Shown one piece after another: positions 1 to 9,051 of a DNA stretch of 64,000 nt. A model generated the notes under the pieces. It saw only the letters and a program-made list of their open reading frames with translations, had not been told where the DNA came from and did not search any database. The translations under genes were made by a program, and so were the position numbers. Positions within the stretch are counted from its first letter, which is position 1. The number at the start of each line of letters is the position of its first letter. The stretch comes from a virus (lineage: Duplodnaviria; Caudoviricetes): IMG/VR virus record IMGVR_UViG_3300002835_000006, one strand, 5' to 3'.

Positions 1-975
1 CCTAAGGAAGAGGAAAATAACAATGACCCTGAACTAACGACTTTGAAAGATGCTTTGAAAGCCGCAAAGGCTAACCCTTTGAAAGAAATTGAAGTGAAAG
101 ATTGTGTTTCAGCAATAAAATTATTTTTTAAATATTCCAAAAATGCTCCACAAGCTGATTTAGGTCAATTCCATGAAGTCGTGAAAAATAGTGTGTCCAA
201 GTGTGCTAGACAGGAGAACATGAAAAAATTAAATAGGAAAAACAAACAAGAGATAAATACGATGTTACAAACGATAGCTAACTATGCTCAAAGAGATAAG
301 GATAAAGGAAAATACAAGATTGTGAATTTACCACTCATTGAAAATAGAAATTTGAATTCGTTGGTGAAGGAGGTTTTGAATGAAACTAAAGTATTAAAAG
401 AAAATAGACTTATCCTTGAAAAGATATGTGAAAGTAGATTGAAAATTGTCTCGGAAAACATGGATGATTTTGAAAATATGAGTAGAGTTAGAAAAATTAA
501 ATTTGGTTTTAGATTCTTGAAAGAATCCTCTGAGTTATTAGAGATTGGTCTTATAAAAGAAAATCTAACCGATATATTTCAAAATTTATACGGTAAGAGT
601 ATGGAAGATATGATTGGTGCAATATCTGAACCCCTTCTAATTTCATTATTGACAAAAATTGGTTTAGACGAAGATTTGAAGGGCAAAGTTCTGACGAATA
701 TTCAATCGAAAGGAACAGAAATTATACCATCTATGGGAGATTGTAAATCTCTGACAAATTTTATATCGGCAGCAATTTCAGAAGAACTTACCAAAAAAAT
801 GAACACTGAAAATATAATCCAAAGTGATGTGGTCAATACAAGTCTTATGGACACACTAAAAAATTCAAGTTTTTTAGAAAATCTGAATTCTAAATTAGAA
901 AGTTCGGTTTGTGAGTTATACGATAAATTCACAGAAAATGCAAAAAATTTGGTTGTCAGAATGTCAGCACTCTGA
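1..975 (+). CDS. hypothetical protein, 5'-partial (frame is open from window start)
   Basis: Frame +1 has no stop between 1 and 975; the ORF-track start at 43 is an internal TTG. No recognisable motif. Confidence 0.7.
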   Translation, partial: PKEEENNNDPELTTLKDALKAAKANPLKEIEVKDCVSAIKLFFKYSKNAPQADLGQFHEVVKNSVSKCARQENMKKLNRKNKQEINTMLQTIANYAQRDKDKGKYKIVNLPLIENRNLNSLVKEVLNETKVLKENRLILEKICESRLKIVSENMDDFENMSRVRKIKFGFRFLKESSELLEIGLIKENLTDIFQNLYGKSMEDMIGAISEPLLISLLTKIGLDEDLKGKVLTNIQSKGTEIIPSMGDCKSLTNFISAAISEELTKKMNTENIIQSDVVNTSLMDTLKNSSFLENLNSKLESSVCELYDKFTENAKNLVVRMSAL

Positions 976-1020
976 TGACCAGTATAAATGGTAGGAAAAC
1001 AAAAAGGGGGTGTTCCAAAT

Positions 1021-1053
1021 CAAAAAAAAGAAGGGTTTAACCCTTCTTTTTTG
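1021..1053. terminator. bidirectional intrinsic terminator
   Basis: caaaaaaaagaaggg-tttaa-cccttcttttttg hairpin with A/T tracts, between convergent genes. Confidence 0.75.
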
Positions 1054-1714
1054 TTTTCACTACTTCATCGATGATACCATATTCAACAGCTTCATCGGCC
1101 GACAGCCAAAAGTCACGTTGAGAGTCTTCAGTAACTTGCTCGGAAGTTTTTCCACAAAATTCTCCAAGTAGTTGGAATAAAATTTTGTTGGTTTTTTCCC
1201 ATTCTATAAAATTGATTCTTGCATCTTGAATATTACCACCAGCACCACCAGATGTTTGATGTAACATAGTTTTAGAAAAACGTAAAGATGCTCTTTTTCC
1301 TTTGGTTCCAGCACCTAAGAGGACTGAACCCATGGAAGCTGCCATTCCTGTGTTTACAGTTCTAATATCACAGGTAATGTACTGCATAACGTCAACCATA
1401 GATAAACCACTCTTTACTGAACCACCAGGCGAATCGATATGCATGGTAATATCAGTCTTATCTGAGTTATCCAAAAACATAAGTTGAGCTTGAACTATGG
1501 TGGACATTCGGTCATCTACGGGACCTGCAACCCAAATGATTCTATCTCTCATCAACCTCGAAAAAATATCAATTTGAGTTGCCCTCATTTCTCTTTCTTC
1601 AAGAATGTAAGGGGTCATAGAGGATTCAATTTGTTGACCAAAATAATGTAAATCCAAGGAACCCTTTCCTAAATGTTTTGTGTAATAATTTGTAAAATCG
1701 TTCGTCAAATTCAT
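1037..1714 (-). CDS. clpP: ATP-dependent Clp protease proteolytic subunit
   Basis: IDIFSRLMRDRII, SPGGSV, GMAASMG (catalytic Ser), MLHQ (His), RDFWL (Asp); Bacteroidota-like N-terminus TPYILEER. Confidence 0.97.
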   Translation of the reverse strand: MNLTNDFTNYYTKHLGKGSLDLHYFGQQIESSMTPYILEEREMRATQIDIFSRLMRDRIIWVAGPVDDRMSTIVQAQLMFLDNSDKTDITMHIDSPGGSVKSGLSMVDVMQYITCDIRTVNTGMAASMGSVLLGAGTKGKRASLRFSKTMLHQTSGGAGGNIQDARINFIEWEKTNKILFQLLGEFCGKTSEQVTEDSQRDFWLSADEAVEYGIIDEVVKTKKKG

Positions 1715-1750
1715 ATGTATTAAATTTGAAACAAAAATAACAAAAAAAAG

Positions 1751-2395
1751 TTACAACCCCAAAATGTCATCGACAATTTCTTGACTTGACAAAGTTTTCC
1801 AAGGTCTTGGGTGTTGATATGACCAAAAGGTTTTCCAATTTCCATACCAAATTACTCCCTCCATTCTATGGTCCAAAGTTCTAAAATCGGTTGAGGTTTT
1901 GGGAAACCTTCCTATGTTATAAGTTTTGTAAAAATCTATTCCGAAAGTGGAATAATAATCTCCGAACATTTTATTTATCTCGTCGAATTTAGAATTTAGG
2001 ACTATTTTACACCCATGTATTTTTTGATATACTTTTACTCTTTCCGTCCACAAAAATGCCTCTTCCTTATCTTCAGTGACTAAATTAAATAACACATGTT
2101 TACCATAGTCATTAAATCTGTGTACAAAAATTTTGGACATTCCATAATTTGGGACATACTTGGAAATTTGTATCTCAAAATCGTAATAGAATTCTATTGG
2201 ACAAGTGAAATCTACTCTCCATCTTGGGTATGAACCTGAAGATATTTTGTATCCCTCGATATAAAGAGATTGGTCCTCGTTCTTCTTATATTCTCTCAAT
2301 TCAACATAATATAATTTGTCAGGACCCGCGACTCTAACATGTACGCTAGGGTTTGTATTAAAAACAATTTGTTCACTATTCAGAGTAATATACAT
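1751..2395 (-). CDS. hypothetical protein
   Basis: 214-aa ORF overlapping the end of the carbamoyltransferase gene, same operon. Confidence 0.7.
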   Translation of the reverse strand: MYITLNSEQIVFNTNPSVHVRVAGPDKLYYVELREYKKNEDQSLYIEGYKISSGSYPRWRVDFTCPIEFYYDFEIQISKYVPNYGMSKIFVHRFNDYGKHVLFNLVTEDKEEAFLWTERVKVYQKIHGCKIVLNSKFDEINKMFGDYYSTFGIDFYKTYNIGRFPKTSTDFRTLDHRMEGVIWYGNWKTFWSYQHPRPWKTLSSQEIVDDILGL

Positions 2396-3971
2396 AATCT
2401 TCTAATATGAGTTCATCAATTATTTTTTTATATAAAGTTTCAAATGCTTGGCGAGGATGTTCAATAATTGGTTCATTGTGGGAGTTAAATGAAGTGTTCA
2501 GAAGTACAGGAATACCTGTTATCAAGTAATACTCGTTTAAAATCTCCCAAAATTTAGGATTTGATTCTTTTACAACAACTTGAGGTCTTGCGGTTTTATC
2601 TGACTTTTGAATTACTGCAGGAATTTTATCTATCCACTCCTCTTTTGTGGAATAACACATAGTCATAAATTGTGCAGTATATTTTGACTTAGAACAAGTG
2701 AAAATTTCATCAAAGTGTTCGGACATGACGATAGGTGCAAATGGCATAGTATCATATCTTTTAAGTCTCCCGTTCAAAATTTTATGTGTTTCTTTATCTG
2801 TGGGTTTTACTAAAATACTTCGAGCACCCAAAGCCCTTGGACCCAATTCAGACCCACCCTGAAACCATCCAACTATATTACCATCAGCAATTTTTCTTGC
2901 CATTTCTTTTACATCATACTCTCTTCTCTTAAAATTGAATGAAGTTGAAGCCCTTTGAATTTTTTCTTCAGAATACTTCGAACCGAGAAAAACATTTTTT
3001 AAACGTTTTGGTTTAGTCCATTCACCTAATTCTACAGATTTAAAAATTGCGGCACCGAGAGCTAATCCCTCGTCACCCATCGGAGGTAAAATGTAAACTT
3101 CCTCAACCCAAGGTAGTTCGTTTATGTGTTGATTTAGTTTAACGTTTGCAAAAAGACCTCCGGCGAAACATAGTTTTGTATATTCTGGATATAACTTGTG
3201 TAAATCATTTATAAATCTCAACATCAAATCATTTGTCAATTTTTGTAAATTGAAACAAAACATTTCTTTGTTTATTTGACTTTCGAAAAAACCATCTTCA
3301 AACATCATATCACAAATAAACTGTGTTTTTGGTGCGGTACCCGAGGGGAAAAATCTCAAATTTTCATAATTTACTAATGAATTCAAGATTTTATATATTT
3401 TTTCATCATAAAATCCATCGGGCGCCATTCCCATAAGTTTTCCCTCATCTTTACACATTTTCCATTTTCCCTCATTATGTTCATCATAACCTCTCATACT
3501 AGACGTACTAAAACCCCACAAATGGGATAAGCTGGCAAAACCAGCATATGGCATATTTTTCACTAAGGTCATTTTTCCATTTTCACAAAGGAAAATTTTC
3601 ATTACTGATTCTTGACCACCGCCATCATATGTTATGGTTATCGTTTTACCTTCAAATCCACTTGTAAAATATGCACCGTAAGCGTGGGCGGTGTGATGAC
3701 TTACCCTTTCATAAGGTTTACCTTTGGAAATTCTTCTCAAAAATTCGTCGGGTACAGGCTGAGCAATAACCCTATAATCCGCTTCATGAAATTTCACGTT
3801 GGTTTCAAGCTCTGCCCTGTTCAAACACATTTCGGCCTGAATGTCGTAATTATCACCCGCCTTTATTCTAGTCAAACGTTCTTCTTCTATAGAAAAAATT
3901 ATTTCTCCATCTTCCAAGTAAGCTATACACGGGCTGTGTGAGCCTGTGAACATACCATAAATTCTACTCAT
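2376..3971 (-). CDS. carbamoyltransferase (CmcH/NodU/TobZ family)
   Basis: EEERLTRIK, HHTAHA, FAGGLFANVKLN, GDEGLALG, ELGPRALGARSIL, MPFAP, TARPQ, LNTSFN. Confidence 0.93.
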   Translation of the reverse strand: MSRIYGMFTGSHSPCIAYLEDGEIIFSIEEERLTRIKAGDNYDIQAEMCLNRAELETNVKFHEADYRVIAQPVPDEFLRRISKGKPYERVSHHTAHAYGAYFTSGFEGKTITITYDGGGQESVMKIFLCENGKMTLVKNMPYAGFASLSHLWGFSTSSMRGYDEHNEGKWKMCKDEGKLMGMAPDGFYDEKIYKILNSLVNYENLRFFPSGTAPKTQFICDMMFEDGFFESQINKEMFCFNLQKLTNDLMLRFINDLHKLYPEYTKLCFAGGLFANVKLNQHINELPWVEEVYILPPMGDEGLALGAAIFKSVELGEWTKPKRLKNVFLGSKYSEEKIQRASTSFNFKRREYDVKEMARKIADGNIVGWFQGGSELGPRALGARSILVKPTDKETHKILNGRLKRYDTMPFAPIVMSEHFDEIFTCSKSKYTAQFMTMCYSTKEEWIDKIPAVIQKSDKTARPQVVVKESNPKFWEILNEYYLITGIPVLLNTSFNSHNEPIIEHPRQAFETLYKKIIDELILEDYVYYSE

Positions 3972-3972
3972 T

Positions 3973-5640
3973 TTAGTTTTTCCAAATTAAAAAATTATTG
4001 AGAACCAAATAATTTAAATTTCGGGTAATAAAAGTTTTGATTGCGTCTGTTGGGGTTTCGACAATTGGCTCACTCGGCCCGTTGAAACTTGTATTCAAAA
4101 GAACAGGAACCTGAGTTTTCTCATAAAAACTTTTAATAAGCGTATAAAATTTATAATTATTTTTTTCTGTTACAGATTGAATTCTAGCAGAATTATCAAT
4201 ATGAACTACAGATGGTATTCTTTCTCTCCAGGATTCTTTCACAGTTGTAGTCACTAACATGTGAGGAGAAAAATAATCCATATCGAATATTTCATTCTGA
4301 TATTCGTAAAGGACTGCGGGTGCGAAAGGGCGGTACCACTCTCTACCTTTAATATCTGCATTTATGTGACCACACATCCATTTGGTCATTGGGGATGCGA
4401 CAATTGACCTATTACCAAGCGCTCTAGGTCCGATTTCAGAACCGTCCTGAAACCACCCAATAACTCTGTTTTGTGTCAACCAATAGGTTACTTGCTCAAC
4501 TAATTCGTTGAAATCTTTATATTCTATGAAATCTAATTCAGGGTGTTCGTTCAGTGCTGATATAATCTCATTTTTATGGTATGGTCTCCCAAAATAAGGA
4601 GAAATTTTTGAAGTATTTTTGATTTCTGTAACTTTCTGAAGTGCATACCATGCGCACCCCAATGGGATACCACTGTCATCAGCAGGAGGTAAGAAAAAAC
4701 AATTTTCATACAAACCTGATTTCAGAATTAGTTCATTAGAATTACAATTCAAGAAAGAACCTCCAGCAACACAAATGTTTTTTGAATTGGTCATATTTTT
4801 TGCCATTTTCGCTAAAATTAGTGAAGCTCTTTCTTGTTCCCTTTGATATATTCCTGCAGCAACCGACCTTGAAAAGAAATCTGACGCCCAAGTAACTTTT
4901 GGGTAGATGCTGTTATTTAAAAGAGATATTTCCCCGTCAATTTCTTTCACAAACTCAGGTGCTTCAGAAACCAATTTTGGGTCACCGTATGATGCCAACC
5001 CCATCAGTTTTCCGGCGCTCCAAGTATGATTGGCGGGTTCGTATACCAATTGTAGAGTTCCCTCAGAATACATTGTTCCCAAGGAAGTTTCTTCATTAGT
5101 ATTCCAAGGAACCGGAAACTTTACCCATCTTTTATAGTGTTCTTCATAAGTGTCCTTTTTTAAATGAAGAATTGAAATTCCTTCAGCCCAATCAAAATCT
5201 GGATTCAAGTCCCACTTTTTGGGGTCATACCATTCGTGGGTTTTATTTTTATAAGTTATGATACTACCTGAAGCATCCGCAACAACAACAGCCGCTTCGT
5301 CAAATCCCGAACTGAAAAATGTTGAGTAAGCGTGTGCTAAATGATGTGGAATGAATTGTATCTTTTCTCGACTTATATGTGAAAATTTAGAAAAGAATTG
5401 GTCTTCTACATCATCAATATTTTCCGTAGTACTATATACAAAATAATCAATCTCCCTAATCGAACAACCTATCGCATTCAGACAATAGTTTATTGACTCA
5501 AAAGGGATTTTACCACCTTGATAAGCTCCATCGTGTTTGATTCTCGATAGTCTTTCTTGTGTTATACCCACAAGTATCCTTCCGTCTTCAATTATGACCG
5601 CTCCTTTGTCGTGGCCATTCGAAAAACCTAAAACTTTCAT
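3973..5640 (-). CDS. carbamoyltransferase (CmcH/NodU/TobZ family), second paralog
   Basis: GHD, QERLSRIKH, HHLAHA, GKLMGLASYG, AGGSFLNC, DDSGIPLG, EIGPRALGNRSI, RPFAP, LLNTSFN. Confidence 0.95.
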   Translation of the reverse strand: MKVLGFSNGHDKGAVIIEDGRILVGITQERLSRIKHDGAYQGGKIPFESINYCLNAIGCSIREIDYFVYSTTENIDDVEDQFFSKFSHISREKIQFIPHHLAHAYSTFFSSGFDEAAVVVADASGSIITYKNKTHEWYDPKKWDLNPDFDWAEGISILHLKKDTYEEHYKRWVKFPVPWNTNEETSLGTMYSEGTLQLVYEPANHTWSAGKLMGLASYGDPKLVSEAPEFVKEIDGEISLLNNSIYPKVTWASDFFSRSVAAGIYQREQERASLILAKMAKNMTNSKNICVAGGSFLNCNSNELILKSGLYENCFFLPPADDSGIPLGCAWYALQKVTEIKNTSKISPYFGRPYHKNEIISALNEHPELDFIEYKDFNELVEQVTYWLTQNRVIGWFQDGSEIGPRALGNRSIVASPMTKWMCGHINADIKGREWYRPFAPAVLYEYQNEIFDMDYFSPHMLVTTTVKESWRERIPSVVHIDNSARIQSVTEKNNYKFYTLIKSFYEKTQVPVLLNTSFNGPSEPIVETPTDAIKTFITRNLNYLVLNNFLIWKN

Positions 5641-5642
5641 AT

Positions 5643-5909
5643 TTAATTTTCCTCCTCTTGTTGTAAATGAACTGCGGTGCCTTCAGCAATGTCTTCGTCA
5701 CATTTGTAAATGTGAATTTTATCTGAAAACTTGAAAACAATTACTTTTTTCACTTCTTCGGAAAAGTTTACTTCATTATTAGTATCAACCACTATACCCT
5801 CACCATTTTTTAAAATAAAAGATAATGCTTTAGCAAATAAAAGTGATGGGTCTGTTGTCGGTTCTGAAGTTTGTTCTTCAGGAGTCTCATTTTTTAATTC
5901 TTGTTCCAT
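5643..5909 (-). CDS. hypothetical protein
   Basis: 88-aa acidic ORF in tight operon spacing. Confidence 0.7.
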   Translation of the reverse strand: MEQELKNETPEEQTSEPTTDPSLLFAKALSFILKNGEGIVVDTNNEVNFSEEVKKVIVFKFSDKIHIYKCDEDIAEGTAVHLQQEEEN

Positions 5910-5910
5910 T

Positions 5911-6186
5911 TTATTCTGTTTCGTCTGAGATTATGTCATTTAATTGTGACGTGGCATTCGGGTTTCTTTCTTCAAAAATTTCAACCGCTCTTTCGTATCT
6001 GAACAATTGTAGTTCTTTGACAAAAATTTCATTTTCTAAACTATCTATGTTTTTTTCCATAGAACTGATTTTGATTTTCAAGTTTTCGTTTTTTTTCGTA
6101 AGAGTTTGAACCCTCAGAAGAGAGAGTAGAAACCCTACACTTAAAACAAGAAACGCAATTGATAATTGTTTGAAGCTTAAATCCAT
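5911..6186 (-). CDS. membrane-anchored coiled-coil protein
   Basis: N-terminal hydrophobic helix followed by a heptad-rich region. Confidence 0.65.
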   Translation of the reverse strand: MDLSFKQLSIAFLVLSVGFLLSLLRVQTLTKKNENLKIKISSMEKNIDSLENEIFVKELQLFRYERAVEIFEERNPNATSQLNDIISDETE

Positions 6187-6208
6187 AGTATAAATCTATT
6201 ATAAAATT

Positions 6209-6697
6209 TTAATAAACAAATGATTTTTGGAAATCATTCCAAATTTTGGATAAAGTATGATTTTCATTTACAAGGGTTGGCGCAAATGGTTTTTGTCTCA
6301 TAACCATTCTTGCTTCTTCAGGGGTCTTATCTGCTTTCTTTAGATTACATTTTTGACATGAGGTAACCAAATTGGTCCATTCATTCTTTCCACCTCTTGA
6401 TTTAGGTATCACGTGGTCTAATGTCAAATTTCTCGAAGAACCACAATAAACACATTGATGGTTATCTCTTTTATAAATTCTGTTTCTATTTGCACGTAAA
6501 ACTCTAGTGAAATGTCTTATGTATTTTAATAAACGTATGATTACGGGTCTGACATAAGTTTTGTAGCCTGTCACAATAGGATTATCATCAGATTTTACAA
6601 TCTCAGCTTTACCCTTGTCAACTAAAACAAACCCCCGTTTGACGCTTGTTACATTCAAGGGAGTATAGTCATAATTCAAAACCAAGACGTGGCTCAT
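6209..6697 (-). CDS. HNH endonuclease (McrA/COG1403-like)
   Basis: VLVLNYDYTPL N-terminus; RDNHQCVYCG, TLDHVIPKSRGG, WTNLVTSCQKCNLKK. Likely start is MSHVL at 6697. Confidence 0.92.
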   Translation of the reverse strand: MSHVLVLNYDYTPLNVTSVKRGFVLVDKGKAEIVKSDDNPIVTGYKTYVRPVIIRLLKYIRHFTRVLRANRNRIYKRDNHQCVYCGSSRNLTLDHVIPKSRGGKNEWTNLVTSCQKCNLKKADKTPEEARMVMRQKPFAPTLVNENHTLSKIWNDFQKSFVY

Positions 6698-6740
6698 AAT
6701 AAAAATTTTAAACAAAAATAGTTTATTTTATTAAAAAAAC

Positions 6741-6767
6741 AAAGGGGTCATTTATGTTGACCCCTTC
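6741..6767. terminator. intrinsic terminator hairpin
   Basis: aaaggggtca-tttatgt-tgacccctt with a U-tract on the minus strand. Confidence 0.6.
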
Positions 6768-6925
6768 AGATATAGAATGATTTAATACTTGTTTATGGTT
6801 CGGAATTTAATTCGATTTCCAATCACCATGTTCTCATAAATGTTGTCGTTTTCCAAAAGACACATCGTTTAATTCATTTATATAAATAAATATCAAATTT
6901 TGTTATATTTATAAATAAATTTTTT

Positions 6926-7675
6926 ATGAGATTTCTAAATTATTTCCAAGATTATATCACAGAGGCAAGATACTATTCCGATGAGAAATTTAATTGGGTT
7001 GCATCTAATATGGGTAGTTGGATTTTGGATAGTACAATAGATAATCCTGTAAAAATTCAGTCATTACCAATGCTTCAGGAATTTCAAAGTTGGTTGTCGA
7101 CAAATACTACAAAGGCCACAAAATCAAGTGATGATTTAGTTTTAGCCACAGACTATATTGATAGTTTCTTGAATAGTTTGAGTCCAAGAGATGCTCAAAA
7201 TTTTATCAAAACTGCAATGGAAAGATTTCCTATTGTAAAAACCAAAATTGCAAATTATCTAAAAGATGAAATACAAGATAATATTGGTAAAAAAAGAGGT
7301 AGGCCACTAGGTTCAAAGAACAAGCCAAAAATTGACTTAAACGACCCGAGTATAAAGGTTATAAGAAGACTTAAACCCGCACCTCAGGAACCTGTACAAG
7401 ACATTAGTAAAGATTTACCACCCGTAACTCCTCCATCAGTGATTGACCAACCTGAAGTTGAAATCTCAACTCCAAGAAGAGGAAGACCTAAAGTTTTCTC
7501 AGATGAAACAAGCGCAATTGATAGAGCTCGTTTCAAACAAGAAGGTAAAGATTATTGGGAATATCTCGAAGCAAAGAAAAAAATTGTTGATAATAAAATC
7601 AAAGTATTCAACCAACAATTAGTAAAACTTCAATCAAATATTGACAAAAGAAAGAAGTTTTGGGAGATAGAGTAA
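6926..7675 (+). CDS. hypothetical protein with AT-hook motifs
   Basis: KKRGRPLGSKNKPK and PRRGRPK motifs; TATTTATA motif at 6906. Confidence 0.75.
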   Translation: MRFLNYFQDYITEARYYSDEKFNWVASNMGSWILDSTIDNPVKIQSLPMLQEFQSWLSTNTTKATKSSDDLVLATDYIDSFLNSLSPRDAQNFIKTAMERFPIVKTKIANYLKDEIQDNIGKKRGRPLGSKNKPKIDLNDPSIKVIRRLKPAPQEPVQDISKDLPPVTPPSVIDQPEVEISTPRRGRPKVFSDETSAIDRARFKQEGKDYWEYLEAKKKIVDNKIKVFNQQLVKLQSNIDKRKKFWEIE

Positions 7676-7717
7676 TCAAATTTTTCTGATAATTTTAATT
7701 TTTAATTTTTTTTATTA

Positions 7718-7725
7718 TAATTTTG
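7718..7725 (+). promoter_or_regulatory. Bacteroidota-type -7 promoter box (TAnnTTTG) for the first tRNA cluster
   Basis: TAATTTTG ending 8 nt before tRNA-Pro. Confidence 0.55.
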
Positions 7726-7733
7726 TGAGACTT

Positions 7734-7810
<77 letters not shown>

Positions 7811-7811
7811 C

Positions 7812-7883
7812 GTCTTCTTAGCTCAGTGGTAGAGCATCTCGCTGTTAACGAGAGGGTCCATGGTTCGAGACCATGAGAGGACG
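7812..7883 (+). tRNA. tRNA-Asn(GUU)
   Basis: GTCTTCT/AGAGGAC acceptor, loop CTGTTAA, G73; CCA not encoded. Confidence 0.95.
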
Positions 7884-7898
7884 CAAAGGGGATAAAAC

Positions 7899-7938
7899 GT
7901 GCAGTGGCCTCAGGGGTTCTAGACCCCACTGCACTCCA
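7899..7938 (+). ncRNA. tRNA minihelix-like element (acceptor stem + T-arm + U73-CCA, no D or anticodon arm)
   Basis: GTGCAGT-GGCCTCA-GGGG-TTCTAGA-CCCC-ACTGCAC-T-CCA, directly abutting tRNA-Gly. Confidence 0.6.
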
Positions 7939-8011
7939 GCGGAAGTAGCTCATTCGGTAGAGCACGACCTTGCCAAGGTCGGGGTGGCCAGTTCGAGCCT
8001 GGTCTTCCGCT
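7939..8011 (+). tRNA. tRNA-Gly(GCC)
   Basis: GCGGAAG/CTTCCGC acceptor, loop TTGCCAA, U73. Confidence 0.96.
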
Positions 8012-8017
8012 CAACAA

Positions 8018-8090
8018 GCCCGAGTAGCTCAGCAGGTAGAGCAACTGATTTGTAATCAGTAGGTCGCAGGTTCGATTCCTGTCTCTGGCT
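8018..8090 (+). tRNA. tRNA-Thr(UGU)
   Basis: GCCCGAG/CTCTGGC acceptor (one C-U mismatch), loop TTTGTAA, T-loop TTCGATT. Confidence 0.93.
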
Positions 8091-8104
8091 CAAAATTTCT
8101 TGAA

Positions 8105-8458
8105 ATGGCACATCCCAACTTACATGCCAAATCTTCCGCAAAAAAATTTGGTGGTAAACCCGAAGATTACATACATCTACACGAGTGGTTAGATGAAACA
8201 AAAGGTTGGTTTGGTGATTCTCTCCACAGAATGTTCAGACATCATTCTGAAGGAATTTTTGAGATGGAACAACGTTTCGGAACTGAATTCAAGAACAGTG
8301 ATGGTAAAACTGTGTATACAAGGTATGTCGGTGAACAACATGTGAAAGAAGATTGTAATAACTACATACCTTCAGCTAAAGAATGGGTGAATAATCTGAG
8401 TGAAAATAAAAGACCGATTTGGATGATGAAAACTGTAAAACTTGAATTTGAAGATTGA
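8105..8458 (+). CDS. conserved hypothetical protein (DUF6915-like)
   Basis: MAHPNLHAKSSAKKFGGKPEDY..HEWLD..K....HRMFRHH.EG...EQHVKED pattern recognised from memory. Confidence 0.7.
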   Translation: MAHPNLHAKSSAKKFGGKPEDYIHLHEWLDETKGWFGDSLHRMFRHHSEGIFEMEQRFGTEFKNSDGKTVYTRYVGEQHVKEDCNNYIPSAKEWVNNLSENKRPIWMMKTVKLEFED

Positions 8459-9033
8459 ATTATTCTCACAAAAATAAAATCTTATGGTTCACACCGATTC
8501 GTACTGCTTCACGAGCTTGTGTCCCAATTATGGAATATTTTAATTTTGATAGTACAAAATATCACGATGAAAATTTTCCAAAAGACTCGGATGACTATGT
8601 TTTAATAACCAACGTTCACAACCCATATAAAAGATTGGTGTCCATTTTTAAAATGTTTGAGGAACAAAAAAATTTATCAAACGTTTCCTTTCATGATTGG
8701 ATTCATACAAATTTGAAAAATTTAAATAAACACAATCAAAACCCACATCAATTATGGATTTCTAAATTTATCTTATCATTCAAAAAAAAACCTGATTATA
8801 TTGTAAGAGTAGAAAATATTGAAGAAGATTTATTGAAAATAAAATTTATTCAGGAAAATATGAGTAAGGAATTAAAAAAAATATTTTCTGAGAATATAAA
8901 AACAAATCAATACAGAGAAGATAATTTTGATTATTGGAAAAAAGAATACGATGAAAGTCTATCAAATTACATTTTTGATAATTTTAGAAATGATTTTGAA
9001 TTATTTGGATATGATAAGAATTCTTGGAAATAA
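8455..9033 (+). CDS. sulfotransferase family 2-like protein
   Basis: PIRTASR (PAPS loop-like), VHNPYKRLVS, DYIVRVENIEEDL, Y..DFELFGY C-terminus. Confidence 0.65.
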   Translation: MNYSHKNKILWFTPIRTASRACVPIMEYFNFDSTKYHDENFPKDSDDYVLITNVHNPYKRLVSIFKMFEEQKNLSNVSFHDWIHTNLKNLNKHNQNPHQLWISKFILSFKKKPDYIVRVENIEEDLLKIKFIQENMSKELKKIFSENIKTNQYREDNFDYWKKEYDESLSNYIFDNFRNDFELFGYDKNSWK

Positions 9034-9051
9034 TCCAACATATTTATTTTT

